Shown: positions 29,363-38,832, numbered from the stretch's first letter. The stretch: DNA of 64,000 nucleotides from a virus (IMGVR_UViG_3300037294_000399:32308-96307), one strand, 5' to 3'. The notes: a model not told the origin generated them from the letters alone. Program-made: numbers and translations.

Positions 29363-31345
29363 ATGATTAAAATAAACGATATATTAGAAGGAAGACTAAG
29401 CATGAACGCTAGTGGGTCCGCATATTTGGTGAGTGAGAATTTACCAAAAGACATTTATGTCCATAAAACCAACACTAACCATGCGTTGCATTTGGATAAG
29501 GTAAAGATTGAAGTAATGGCTGGTCAAGGTCGTACACTTGAGGGTAAAGTAATTGAGGTGGTTGAACGCTTTAGAACTGAGTTTGTTGGTGTAATCCAAA
29601 TAAACCCTAAATTTGCTTTCTTTGTTCCAGATAGCAACAAACTACCTATTGACTTTTTTATTCCATTAAACAAGACAATGGGTGCTACAGAAGGCCAAAA
29701 AGTAATTGCAAGTATAACTGAATGGAAAGAAGGTGCTAAAAACCCTAACGGTGAAGTTATAAGAATTATAGGTAATGCTGGTGAACACGAAACTGAGATA
29801 CATAGTATTTTAGAAGAATATGGTTTACCTTACGATTTTGAAACAGATGTAATCATGGAGGCCAATTTAATTTCCACAGAAATCACACAAGAAGAAATTG
29901 ATAAACGTAGAGATATGCGTGATATACTTACCTTCACAATTGACCCAGCTGACGCCAAAGACTTTGACGATGCGTTGAGTGTGGAATGGGTTGACGGTGA
30001 GTTGTATGTTGGTGTTCATATTGCCGATGTATCACATTACTTACGTCCAGATACCGAATTGGATAAAGAAGCTTTTGCCAGAGGTACAAGTGTTTACTTA
30101 GTTGATAGATGTGTCCCTATGCTTCCAGAGAACTTATCTAACGGTTTGTGTTCGTTAAGACCTAACGAAGATAAATTATGTTTTTCTGCTATTTTTAAGT
30201 TAGACCACAATGGTCATGTGTTAGAAGAATGGTTTGGTAGAACCGTAATTAATTCTGACCACAGATTTACCTACGAAGAAGCACAAGCTATCATTGAATT
30301 AGATAAGCTACCTAAAGACGATGTTGAGGGTAGAACCAAAATACTATTGGAAGACACTGGTTTAAGGTTATTAGGTTGGGACCCAGCTAGAAAACTAGCC
30401 GATGCTGTATTGGCGTTGAACAAGATAGCTAAAAAGATGCGTAAAGTTCGTTTGATAAAAGGTTCTTTATCATTTGATAAACAAGAGGTCAAATTCAAAT
30501 TGGATGAGAATAGTAAACCAACTGGGATTATATTCAAGGTTGCCAAAGACTCAAACAAACTTATTGAAGAATACATGTTGTTAGCGAATAAACACGTAGC
30601 TCAGTTCATCAACACGAAAGGTTTACCCAACGTGAATAGAGCACACGATAAACCTAACGAAGAAAAGTTAGCAGCGTTAAAAGACTTTATTGTTCAGTTT
30701 GGTTACGATATTAAAATCGATACACCAGAAGAAACTACAAAAACACTTAACAAATTGTTAACGGATGTGCGTGGTACTGCTGAAGAAGATATGGTTAATA
30801 ACTTAGTTGTTAGGACAATGCAAAAAGCAAACTATACGACAAAAAACATTGGTCACTATGGTTTAGGTTTTGCTAACTATTCACACTTTACTAGTCCAAT
30901 CAGACGTTACAGTGATATATTAGTTCATAGATTGTTAGCTTTGTATTTGGATGAGAACAAGAAAACAACACCTAAGTTAGAGAAGTTAGAAACTAGATGT
31001 ATTCATTTATCTGAAAGAGAAAAGAAAGCACAGAAAGCTGAACGTGACTCAATCAAATTCATGCAATGTATTTACATGAGTGAACACATAGGTAAAGTAT
31101 TTGAAGGTATCGTTACATCAGTTGCTGAGTATGGTGTTTTCGTTGAAATACTTGAGAACAAATGCGAAGGACTTATTAAGTTATCTGAAATTTCTGGTGA
31201 TACATATCAAGTTGATATGAGTAACTATTGTGTTAAAGGGTATAACACAGGTGATAAGATTCGTTTGGGTGATATGGTTCACGTTGTAGTTTCTAGTGTA
31301 GATATCGATAAAAAGAATATTAATTTAACAATGATTCGATTATAG
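29363..31345 (+). CDS. rnr: ribonuclease R
   Basis: FTIDP.DAKDFDDA, HIADVSHY, LIEEYMLLAN, HFTSPIRRY.D, S1 domain. Confidence 0.95.
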   Translation: MIKINDILEGRLSMNASGSAYLVSENLPKDIYVHKTNTNHALHLDKVKIEVMAGQGRTLEGKVIEVVERFRTEFVGVIQINPKFAFFVPDSNKLPIDFFIPLNKTMGATEGQKVIASITEWKEGAKNPNGEVIRIIGNAGEHETEIHSILEEYGLPYDFETDVIMEANLISTEITQEEIDKRRDMRDILTFTIDPADAKDFDDALSVEWVDGELYVGVHIADVSHYLRPDTELDKEAFARGTSVYLVDRCVPMLPENLSNGLCSLRPNEDKLCFSAIFKLDHNGHVLEEWFGRTVINSDHRFTYEEAQAIIELDKLPKDDVEGRTKILLEDTGLRLLGWDPARKLADAVLALNKIAKKMRKVRLIKGSLSFDKQEVKFKLDENSKPTGIIFKVAKDSNKLIEEYMLLANKHVAQFINTKGLPNVNRAHDKPNEEKLAALKDFIVQFGYDIKIDTPEETTKTLNKLLTDVRGTAEEDMVNNLVVRTMQKANYTTKNIGHYGLGFANYSHFTSPIRRYSDILVHRLLALYLDENKKTTPKLEKLETRCIHLSEREKKAQKAERDSIKFMQCIYMSEHIGKVFEGIVTSVAEYGVFVEILENKCEGLIKLSEISGDTYQVDMSNYCVKGYNTGDKIRLGDMVHVVVSSVDIDKKNINLTMIRL

Positions 31346-31393
31346 TATTGATTTACACCAAAAAAAAGATTACACTGGTAAAAAATTAATACC

Positions 31394-32203
31394 ATGACTG
31401 ACGAAAAATTAATTACAGATTTCCTAGAAAAAAACTACAGAGTAATTGCTAATGATACTTATTTTAAAGTAGCCGAGATAGATAGTTATAAACGTATAAC
31501 GCTGAGTGAATTTTTGGATACGTTTAAAACTATCTTTGGTGATTTTACAACACTTGATAATGAAACTAGTATTGAGCTATTTCAGAAATGGTTTAGCTTT
31601 CATAAGCGTATATTAACAAAAAAACTTACAGAGTATTTAGAGACATTAGATATGTCTGAGGGTAGTGTTAAACTACTTTTTAAAGCTGTTAATAGATTTA
31701 GTCATGGGAATGATAAAGATTTATATAATGGTGAGTTCATCGAGAACTATTTCAATGATTACTACAAAGAAACAGTGATTGACCCACAATTGAAAAAAAT
31801 ATTAAAAAGTTTTCATGTTGAAGCTGGTAGCCAAGCTTTAGTAGAAACAATCTCTGAGAAACTTACTTTTGAAACACCAAAAATTTATCAATATGCTTTG
31901 GACCATTTAAACGAGTGGTACGCCAATACTGTTATTGGTGATAAGATGAAAGACTTTTTAACTCAATTAGTTATCACTTTAGGTTCTAGAAATTGGGTAG
32001 TTACTTGGATTGGTCATGGACCTTTGAGTAGAGAAAAATTATTGAGTCAGTTCAAGAATGAGAACGAATATCACCATAAATTTATTGTTAAGATGTATGA
32101 CGAGTGGTATGAAACTGCTGTGATTGACGCATCTGAAAGAACACTAATGAGAAACAATTATGGGAACACTTTTCCGACTGTTAATATCCCATCAAATTTT
32201 TAA
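31394..32203 (+). CDS. hypothetical protein
   Basis: 269-aa ORF; N-terminus resembles 23639 and 41988. Confidence 0.75.
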   Translation: MTDEKLITDFLEKNYRVIANDTYFKVAEIDSYKRITLSEFLDTFKTIFGDFTTLDNETSIELFQKWFSFHKRILTKKLTEYLETLDMSEGSVKLLFKAVNRFSHGNDKDLYNGEFIENYFNDYYKETVIDPQLKKILKSFHVEAGSQALVETISEKLTFETPKIYQYALDHLNEWYANTVIGDKMKDFLTQLVITLGSRNWVVTWIGHGPLSREKLLSQFKNENEYHHKFIVKMYDEWYETAVIDASERTLMRNNYGNTFPTVNIPSNF

Positions 32204-32267
32204 ATTTTCATAAAAGCTTGGTTTATTGAATTTTATTTCGTACCTTTGTATAACAAATACGAAAAAT

Positions 32268-32600
32268 ATGAAAAATGTGAAAACAATTTTGATGTTAATA
32301 GTCCTAGGTTTTATCGTATTAACATCATTTACAAAAACTACAAAACATACTTTTGTCAAAGCGACATGGTATGACATGCATGGAAGAATAAGTGCTTCTG
32401 GTGTTAGTATGCACCGAGATTCAGCTACCTGTGCTTACAACTCTTTACCCTTGGGTACTAAATTATTAATAACCAACACTCAAAACAATAAACAAACCGT
32501 GTCGATTATTACTGATAGAATGGGTAATAAAAAACCAATGATAATTGATTTGAGTTACAAAGCTTTTGGTAATATTGCCAATCATAAGACAGGTGTTATA
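32268..32600 (+). CDS. rlpA: RlpA-like lytic transglycosylase domain protein interrupted near its C-terminus by a TnpB element
   Basis: ATWY..GR.SASG, T.A...LPLGT, I.DR, IDLS..AF; likely native tail VTIEEII* at 33981-34006. Confidence 0.75.
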
Positions 32601-32635
32601 AATGCTAAAATTCAAATTATCTATATATTTATTAA

Positions 32636-32786
32636 TGTGGATACAAAAATAAATAAAACAAACGAAATTCATTTAAGAATCACAGATTCTATTAAAACTG
32701 AATTGCAGCAATATTGTTTGGAAAACAATATTGGTATGTCTAAATTAATTACTAAACTGATTCTAAAAGAATTAGAAAATAAATAA
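32636..32786 (+). CDS. ribbon-helix-helix-like protein
   Basis: VDTKINKTNEIHLRITDSIKTELQQYCLENNIGMSKLITKLILKELENK, ATATTTAT upstream, TAATG overlap with tnpB. Confidence 0.65.
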
Positions 32787-33952
32787 TGATTAGAACCTCT
32801 AAACATATTATCTCAAATGCTAATCAAGGGAAGCTTGCTTCCCTTGACCAAGTATTTATTGATTATAAACATGATTTAGAAATATATATTAATTATATCA
32901 TAGAAGGTATATTACCCCTTAAACCTAATTTATCTAGCAAATTACTCCCTACAGAAGTAATAAAACATAGTAGATATAAACAAATAATTTATAAACAAGC
33001 ATCAGAAATTATAAGAAGTCAATTAGATAAATCAAAGAAAAAAAGATATTCATCATATAAAAAAATATATACATATATGATGAAGAATCATCCTGATTCT
33101 TCATTCTGTAAAACTAAATTTTCTGACCTATCATTAAATAATATATTAAAAACTAAATATTTCACTAAACCTAATCTAAATAATGTTAGTATTAATTTAG
33201 ATGAAAGATTTTTTAACATACAAAATGGGAACCATTTTGATAAGTTTGTTAATCTTAAATTACCTTATTTTAATGAAAAGGGCGCTCGTGCCCTACAAAT
33301 AAATATTCCATTTAATTATCATAAACATTCGTTATCATTTAAACATAATACGTTTAAATTAAGAAATAATATACAAATTAAGAAGGTAAAAAATAATTAT
33401 TATATTGCGTTAATTTGGGAAAAAGAGATTGATATTAAAACCAATGGCAAAGCCATTGGAATTGATATGGGTTATAAAAAATTAATTGTTACATCTGATA
33501 ATCAGTTTATTAATGGTGATTTAAGTGATATATATTCTAAAATAAGCAGATGTAAACAAGGTAGTAATGGATTTAAACGAAGTTTAAATCATAGAGATAA
33601 TGAAATAAATAGGTTATGTAATTTAATTAACATCGAAGATGTTAATAATATAATCATAGAAGATTTAGTATCAGTTAAAACTGGTAAAAAATATTTTACA
33701 AATAAAATACAAAGATGGTCTTATGTCAAGACCATTGATAAAATAAATAGAATATGTGAGGATAACGGTATTATGCTGGTGAAGGTTTCACCAGCATATA
33801 CCTCACAAACATGTTCTAGTTGTGGTGTTGTAGATAAGAAGTCTCGCCAAGGCGAGAACTTCAAATGTACAAGTTGTGAATATGAAATAGATGCTGATTA
33901 TAATGCAAGTATTAATATTTATGATAGAGGGATTTATAGTTTCTCTAACTAA
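32786..33952 (+). CDS. tnpB: TnpB RNA-guided nuclease
   Basis: RuvC GIDMG, IIIEDL, DAD.NA; Zn finger TSQTCSSCG..CTSC. Confidence 0.9.
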   Translation: MIRTSKHIISNANQGKLASLDQVFIDYKHDLEIYINYIIEGILPLKPNLSSKLLPTEVIKHSRYKQIIYKQASEIIRSQLDKSKKKRYSSYKKIYTYMMKNHPDSSFCKTKFSDLSLNNILKTKYFTKPNLNNVSINLDERFFNIQNGNHFDKFVNLKLPYFNEKGARALQINIPFNYHKHSLSFKHNTFKLRNNIQIKKVKNNYYIALIWEKEIDIKTNGKAIGIDMGYKKLIVTSDNQFINGDLSDIYSKISRCKQGSNGFKRSLNHRDNEINRLCNLINIEDVNNIIIEDLVSVKTGKKYFTNKIQRWSYVKTIDKINRICEDNGIMLVKVSPAYTSQTCSSCGVVDKKSRQGENFKCTSCEYEIDADYNASINIYDRGIYSFSN

Positions 33953-34068
33953 AAAAATTCATTATTTTTCATAATAATGGGTAACTATTGAAGAAATAAT
34001 ATATAAACTCATAATTTGGAGTTGTAATTTATTTGTAGTACCTTTGTATCAACTTTAAAATTATATGA

Positions 34069-35385
34069 ATGAAATTTTTAGACAAACTTAAAAACATTTT
34101 CTTGTATTTTGGAAAATACAAAACACATTCAGAAGGTGTGATTATCGCTTGTTATTACAACCCAAGAAACAATCCTTACAGATTAATTGCATTCAACAAA
34201 TTTTACAAATCAATCAAACACCTTAACCACAGGATAGTGGAATGTGTTATTGGTGATTCAGAAGCACAATTGCCTCAAACAGAATTTATCACTAGAGTTT
34301 CAACAAACACCACTTTATGGCATAAAGAATCGCTATTGAATGGTCTTATATCTAAATTACCTACAAATTTTAAATATGTTTTTTGGGTAGATGCAGATGT
34401 AATATTCACCAATAAAAATTGGATGGTTGATGCAGTAGCTGAATTACAACCATCTAAAAACAGAATGGTTCAGTTATTTGAATATTGTATTCATTTGGGC
34501 CAAGATGAAACTAAACCTAGTTTTGCTGTTGAATATGAACGTCCAGTTGTTGATGAACCAAAAAGAAGACACCCTAAAATGTGGAGAAGCTTCGGTGCTA
34601 ATTTTGCAACTACTAATTATTCAGATGATGAAAATTATGACCGTCATGGTCATGTTGGTTTTGCTTGGGGTGTAAGACGTAGTGTTGTGGATGCTATGCC
34701 ATTGTATGACAAAGCACTTATTGGTGGGGCCGACCATATTATGGCACATGCGGCTGCTGGTCATGTTAACCATAAATGTATCTGTAAGTCATTTACTGAT
34801 GATATCTATGCGATAAGTGTATGGTCAGAACAGTTTAGAAGAGTTGTTGGGCAAAGAATTGGTTATGTTAAAGGTGATTTGTATCACATTTGGCATGGTG
34901 ATGTTGCTAAACGCCAATATTTAAAACGTATACAAGACTTTACATCAACAGCAAAAGAAATCACTGAGAAGGATGAGAATGGTTTGTATGTTACTGACAA
35001 AGATGAATATGTAAAACAATATATGGAACACCGTGAGAACACTGGTGGTACTGAAACGCATGTTCAAGAACCTGTGGTTAAAAAAGTAGTTCATGTGATG
35101 AAGAAAAACAAATTACCTAAAAATAAACCAACCAAAAAACAAATTGAATCTAAGCGTATTGAGTTGAGAAACCAATACCCTAATAATGATGATTCATTCA
35201 TTGAATCAATGTTGATTGGTTATATGACTGACTCTACTTTGATTGGTGGTATGATGGGTGGAAACCTTATGGGTGCTGCTATCGGTGATATGTTAAATAC
35301 TACCGACCAAGTTTTTGATAGTGGTTTCGGTGGCGGTGCTGGTAGTTCATGGGAAGACGACAAAAACGCAGAAAACTTTTCATAA
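34069..35385 (+). CDS. glycosyltransferase-like protein
   Basis: WHKE.LLN, FWVDADV (DxD), GGAD, HIWHG. Confidence 0.7.
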   Translation: MKFLDKLKNIFLYFGKYKTHSEGVIIACYYNPRNNPYRLIAFNKFYKSIKHLNHRIVECVIGDSEAQLPQTEFITRVSTNTTLWHKESLLNGLISKLPTNFKYVFWVDADVIFTNKNWMVDAVAELQPSKNRMVQLFEYCIHLGQDETKPSFAVEYERPVVDEPKRRHPKMWRSFGANFATTNYSDDENYDRHGHVGFAWGVRRSVVDAMPLYDKALIGGADHIMAHAAAGHVNHKCICKSFTDDIYAISVWSEQFRRVVGQRIGYVKGDLYHIWHGDVAKRQYLKRIQDFTSTAKEITEKDENGLYVTDKDEYVKQYMEHRENTGGTETHVQEPVVKKVVHVMKKNKLPKNKPTKKQIESKRIELRNQYPNNDDSFIESMLIGYMTDSTLIGGMMGGNLMGAAIGDMLNTTDQVFDSGFGGGAGSSWEDDKNAENFS

Positions 35386-35534
35386 TGACTATTACTGCAC
35401 TGTCTGACACACATAACCAACACAACAATATTCCCAGCAAATATTTAGCTGGGGGTGTATTTTTGAACGCTAGCGTTTTGAATGCTAGATATGTAATGAG
35501 TAATTTACCACATGAAATTGAAATAACAAAATAA
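35384..35534 (+). pseudogene. metallophosphoesterase with large internal deletion
   Basis: N-terminal LSDTHNQH joined directly to C-terminal FLNASVLN..Y. Confidence 0.6.
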
Positions 35535-35535
35535 T

Positions 35536-35892
35536 ATGATTGATAGAATTAAAAAACACATTATTGATAGAATTAAAAAACACATTATTGAACGAGATGC
35601 TATTATAGTTGAATTAAAAACTATTATGGGTCATTGTGATGATAGCCCAATTAACTTGGATTTCATCGACAAAAAATGGTTGGTAAATGATGATGAACTC
35701 CATCTTCAAGTTGATGATGAAGATTTAGAAGATAACTATTATGGTTATGAGATTTCATCTATGGGAGCCAAAGGTGAAGATTTCTTCATGGGTGATAAAG
35801 ATGGTTACACCTATGTGATGGGACATACTGGTGATTGGGAACAAACGCAAGTGTTTATATTGACAACAAAAAACAAAGTTGAATATGAGTAA
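35536..35892 (+). CDS. hypothetical protein with duplicated IDRIKKHI
   Basis: 24-nt tandem duplication at 5' end. Confidence 0.7.
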   Translation: MIDRIKKHIIDRIKKHIIERDAIIVELKTIMGHCDDSPINLDFIDKKWLVNDDELHLQVDDEDLEDNYYGYEISSMGAKGEDFFMGDKDGYTYVMGHTGDWEQTQVFILTTKNKVEYE

Positions 35893-36174
35893 TAAAAAAC
35901 AACAGATGAAAAAGAAATATTAACCTGTGAGTGTCACTCAACCGACCATCAAGTTATAATTCTTTATAGTGAAGATGAATTAGATAATGGTAGCAAATAT
36001 CCAATGTGTTATTTCCGTATTCATTTAAACAAAAAACCATTTTGGTAAAGAGTTAAATACGGAATCAAATATATTTTTGGGTATAAATGCAACTATGGTG
36101 CATTTGATGAATTTATCTTTAACCCAAAAGATGCGAACAAATTACAAGAATTAGTAGATTACTTAAATAAATAA
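35885..36174 (+). pseudogene. disrupted hypothetical gene
   Basis: EILTCECHSTDHQ...KPFW*RVKYGIKYIFGYK with frameshift and TAA. Confidence 0.55.
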
Positions 36175-36176
36175 AT

Positions 36177-36404
36177 ATGACTAGTAGAGACTTCGCATTC
36201 TGGCTTCAAGGTTTCTTTGAAGTAGCTAACCCAATTACTATCGGTAGCAAAGAAACCGATATGATTAAAAAACACTTGAACCTTGTGTTTAAGCATGAGA
36301 TTGACCCAAGCATGGGTGGTCCAGAACATCAAGCTGAATTAAATGAAATTCATAAACCACAATTTCCTATGAGGGACAGTGATGGTTCAGTTTTAAGGTG
36401 TTAA
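36177..36404 (+). CDS. conserved phage hypothetical protein
   Basis: DFAFWLQGFFE..IKKHL.LVF. Confidence 0.75.
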   Translation: MTSRDFAFWLQGFFEVANPITIGSKETDMIKKHLNLVFKHEIDPSMGGPEHQAELNEIHKPQFPMRDSDGSVLRC

Positions 36405-36471
36405 ATAAAAAACAAAAAAAATGATACAAAATACTTGCATTTTTAAAAAAGAGTTAGTACCTTTGTATCAT

Positions 36472-36955
36472 ATTAATCACATATAGAAAGACAAACAAGT
36501 AATAAGTTAGTTACAATACTACAAGAGGTGTTATGTTTGTTAAGTAAGATAAGTTGTAAACTTAACTGTAGAAAGAATGTAAGTCTCATAAGGTAATTTG
36601 AGCAAAGTTTTATAAGGGTGTTAAGCTAGGCGGTGTATGAGGGTTTGGGCTCATATAACTTATACATTCTTGGTGATATGTGATTTATTAAAATATTTGT
36701 TCAAAGTCAACAAGTAGTGTTAACCACACTGATACCAGTAAGGTCTGGTGCGTGATATTAGGCTTAGCAGCTGAGATGTAATCAAAACTTATGAACTTGG
36801 TATGTTCAGACACTATAGTCAAACACAAATGGCGTTTGTTGATTAGAGGTAGCACTTAGTCGGCTAGACCGAAAATAGTAGGGAGTACGAGTTCCTAAAG
36901 AGGTGAAATATCCTCGTGCATGTACGCTACTCATCGTGTTGTGACGATGGCAAAT
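36472..36955 (+). ncRNA. large structured ncRNA candidate (~480 nt)
   Basis: ORF-free, after promoter 36458; stems AGAATGTA/TACATTCT, TATGAG/CTCATA, TACCAG/CTGGTG, GTAGC/GCTAC, TCGG/CCGA, GAGG/CCTC, CATCGT/ACGATG. Confidence 0.6.
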
Positions 36956-36958
36956 ATT

Positions 36959-37123
36959 AGACAAGTGGTGGAAAAACTGAGCTGGCTTCGTAGGGAGCGG
37001 TGGTTCTAGGAGAATCTTAAATCAGTAGACACAATAACGGCTGGAGGTGTGGGCAAATCTCATTAAATACCCAATCCGAGCGTGGCTAGCTTGGCGGTGC
37101 TGGTTCAAATCCAGTCTTGTCTA
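36959..37123 (+). ncRNA. expanded tRNA-like RNA (165 nt)
   Basis: AGACAAG/CTTGTCT acceptor, Leu-type D stem GTGGTGGAA...TAGACAC with large insert, T arm GCTGGTTCAAATCCAGT, no canonical anticodon arm. Confidence 0.7.
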
Positions 37124-37134
37124 CAAAAACCGTT

Positions 37135-37289
37135 CGGGAGGAAGAATGATTGGATTTTCTTTTGTTTAACGTGTTAGCTTAAAATTGGAGAGGTGTACAA
37201 CTCAAAGAGGAGGTTACTAACATTTAGAAAGAAAGTTATTCGCTGAGGGCATGACCTAGAGATTGCGGGTTCGAGTCCCGTTCTCCCCA
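37135..37289 (+). ncRNA. tRNA-Met(CAT)-like RNA with ~85-nt D-loop insertion
   Basis: CGGGAGG/TCTCCCC, GAAT/ATTC D stem enclosing a long hairpin, loop with CAT, GCGGGTTCGAGTCCCGT. Confidence 0.65.
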
Positions 37290-37391
37290 CAAAACCTATA
37301 ATGACACAATAGAATAGGTTGTGTACTGATAGAGATGCAGTTACGATTTTTTAATTGTAAATATCTTGACAACTAGGAAAGACTAGTGAAT

Positions 37392-37484
37392 TGGTTAGCT
37401 TGGATAGAAGGTCGGTTCGACTCCGAAGGAAGGTGTTGGCACGGGTAGCTCCCTGTAGAGAGGTTCGAGTCCTCTCCTAATCAC
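37392..37484 (+). ncRNA. tRNA-like RNA with two T-arms
   Basis: TGGTTAG/CTAATCA acceptor; TCGG-TTCGACT-CCGA and GAGAGG-TTCGAGT-CCTCTC. Confidence 0.65.
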
Positions 37485-37489
37485 AAATC

Positions 37490-37801
37490 AACAGCATCTT
37501 GGGGAGATTTGTATCTTATTTCCTCTTGACGAAAACCAATAACACGGGGTACGCTTTCAGTGTGAGGCAACTAGTCGGTAGAAACATGATGGTCTGGATT
37601 TGAACGAAACATCTCTTGTGGGGGTTTGGTTGGTGAGAAAGCTTAACGGCTTTGAAGGTACTTAACTGGCTAAGAACATCAAACAAGAGGAGCCAGAGAG
37701 TTTTACGTTGACGAGGTTTACAAAGGCAAAGCTTGTTTTCGGTGATGTGTGACAGAACCGATGGTAGAAGGGAAAACCTCTGACGACTAGGAAAGACTAG
37801 T
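37490..37801 (+). ncRNA. structured ncRNA candidate ending in TGACGACTAGGAAAGACTAGT
   Basis: ORF-free and GC-richer; same terminal motif at 37367-37387. Confidence 0.5.
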
Positions 37802-37806
37802 AATTT

Positions 37807-37904
37807 GCGAGAGTGGCGAAGTGGTAAACGCTAAGGTCTTTAGCCCGAAGTACAAGGGAACAACTAGGGACTGGGTGTCGGTGGTTCGAGTCCACCCTCT
37901 CGCA
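37807..37904 (+). ncRNA. tRNA-like RNA with elongated anticodon arm
   Basis: GCGAGAG/CTCTCGC, D arm GCGAAGTGGTAAACGC, GTCTTTAG/CTAGGGAC stem with 20-nt loop, GGTGGTTCGAGTCCACC. Confidence 0.75.
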
Positions 37905-38001
37905 CAAAATTGGGGAATAGCAACATGAAGGTCGGCAAACTTTCAGACGGTTATAATCCTTTCTATCACGTTTAGCTTTGCCGAGCGACATAGTGATAGT
38001 T

Positions 38002-38073
38002 GATTCATTAGTAGAGTGGGCACTATGGCGGGATTTTAGCCCGCAGACGCTGGTTCGAATCCAGTATGAGTTT
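38002..38073 (+). tRNA. atypical tRNA-Lys(TTT)-like
   Basis: GATTCAT/ATGAGTT, GCGGG-ATTTTAG-CCCGC, GCTGGTTCGAATCCAGT. Confidence 0.7.
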
Positions 38074-38183
38074 CTAGGTTATATTATTAAAGCGACATTG
38101 ATGTGAGTAATCATGTGAGGCACACATAAAACAGTACCAATGAAAACATTGTGGTGATAGACCACCATGTAGTATAACCACAT

Positions 38184-38282
38184 ATATCGTTAGTTCAATG
38201 GTAGAATACCGAAATGGGAACACATCGGAAGATGCAGTACCAATCGCTTGCGGTGACATAGGTTCGATTCCTATACGATGTA
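38184..38282 (+). ncRNA. tRNA-like RNA with 12-nt anticodon loop and long variable arm
   Basis: ATATCGT/ACGATGT, TAGTTCAATGGTAGAAT, CCGA/TCGG, ATAGGTTCGATTCCTAT. Confidence 0.7.
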
Positions 38283-38301
38283 CAACTAATTAATAAAAAT
38301 T

Positions 38302-38487
38302 ATGATTACTGAAATTGAGTATAAAAAAGCTTTGAAAATTGTTGCTGATTATCGAAAACAAATAAAAGACGCTAAACCTAAAGAATGTAAACACTACAAT
38401 ACAGATTGGAACGTTGAAGAGCAAAGATTTATTTGCCCAGATTGTGGAAATAAATGTTCTCACCCCTTATTAATCGGACTTTTTTAA
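38302..38487 (+). CDS. small Zn-ribbon protein
   Basis: CKH...CPDCG. Confidence 0.65.
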   Translation: MITEIEYKKALKIVADYRKQIKDAKPKECKHYNTDWNVEEQRFICPDCGNKCSHPLLIGLF

Positions 38488-38574
38488 TTTCACTAGTACT
38501 AAGGTACAAAATTCTTCTTTATCTTTGCTCTGCGAGGAACAAACGAAGGTGAATATTATACCGAAGTTTGTAAA

Positions 38575-38832
38575 ATGTGCCAGCGCTGGTCATTTTTACT
38601 TAAAATAAGATTTTGTAATAAAACTTTAATGCCTTATAAATTTGAAATATTACTAGAGACAACGCATTCACCTAATATAATTTTTAATACTGAAATTGAA
38701 AATAAACAAATTTTTAAACCATCAAAATATAAACCTTTAAATAAATTTAGTGGGTGGAATGAATGTTTTAACGTAAATATCGCAGAAAATTTGATAGAAC
38801 TAATAACGAAAAAAATAAAACATGGCAAATAA
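38575..38832 (+). pseudogene. C-terminal remnant of an endonuclease like 38929-39879
   Basis: MPYKFEIL..IFNTE..KYKP..KFSG.NECF vs MPYKYDII..VFNIE..KYTP..KFHGMGECY. Confidence 0.7.

Larger units (their letters stand above)
32600..33978 (+). mobile_element. TnpB-only element with small RHH-like gene, inserted in rlpA (ends approximate)
   Basis: rlpA frame GVI..VTIEEII* is split by the insert; no TnpA. Confidence 0.65.

Noticed and set aside
32786-33952. Cas12f/type V CRISPR effector
   Set aside because: No CRISPR array nearby; size and insertion context fit TnpB.
38002-38073. ochre suppressor tRNA (TTA) explaining in-frame TAA codons
   Set aside because: The 7-nt loop ATTTTAG centres on TTT, and TAA is the dominant stop codon here.
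36472-38282. tmRNA next to smpB
   Set aside because: No element has an Ala-type GGGG..G3-U70 acceptor enclosing a ~300-nt tag-reading region; a permuted form cannot be excluded without ARAGORN.
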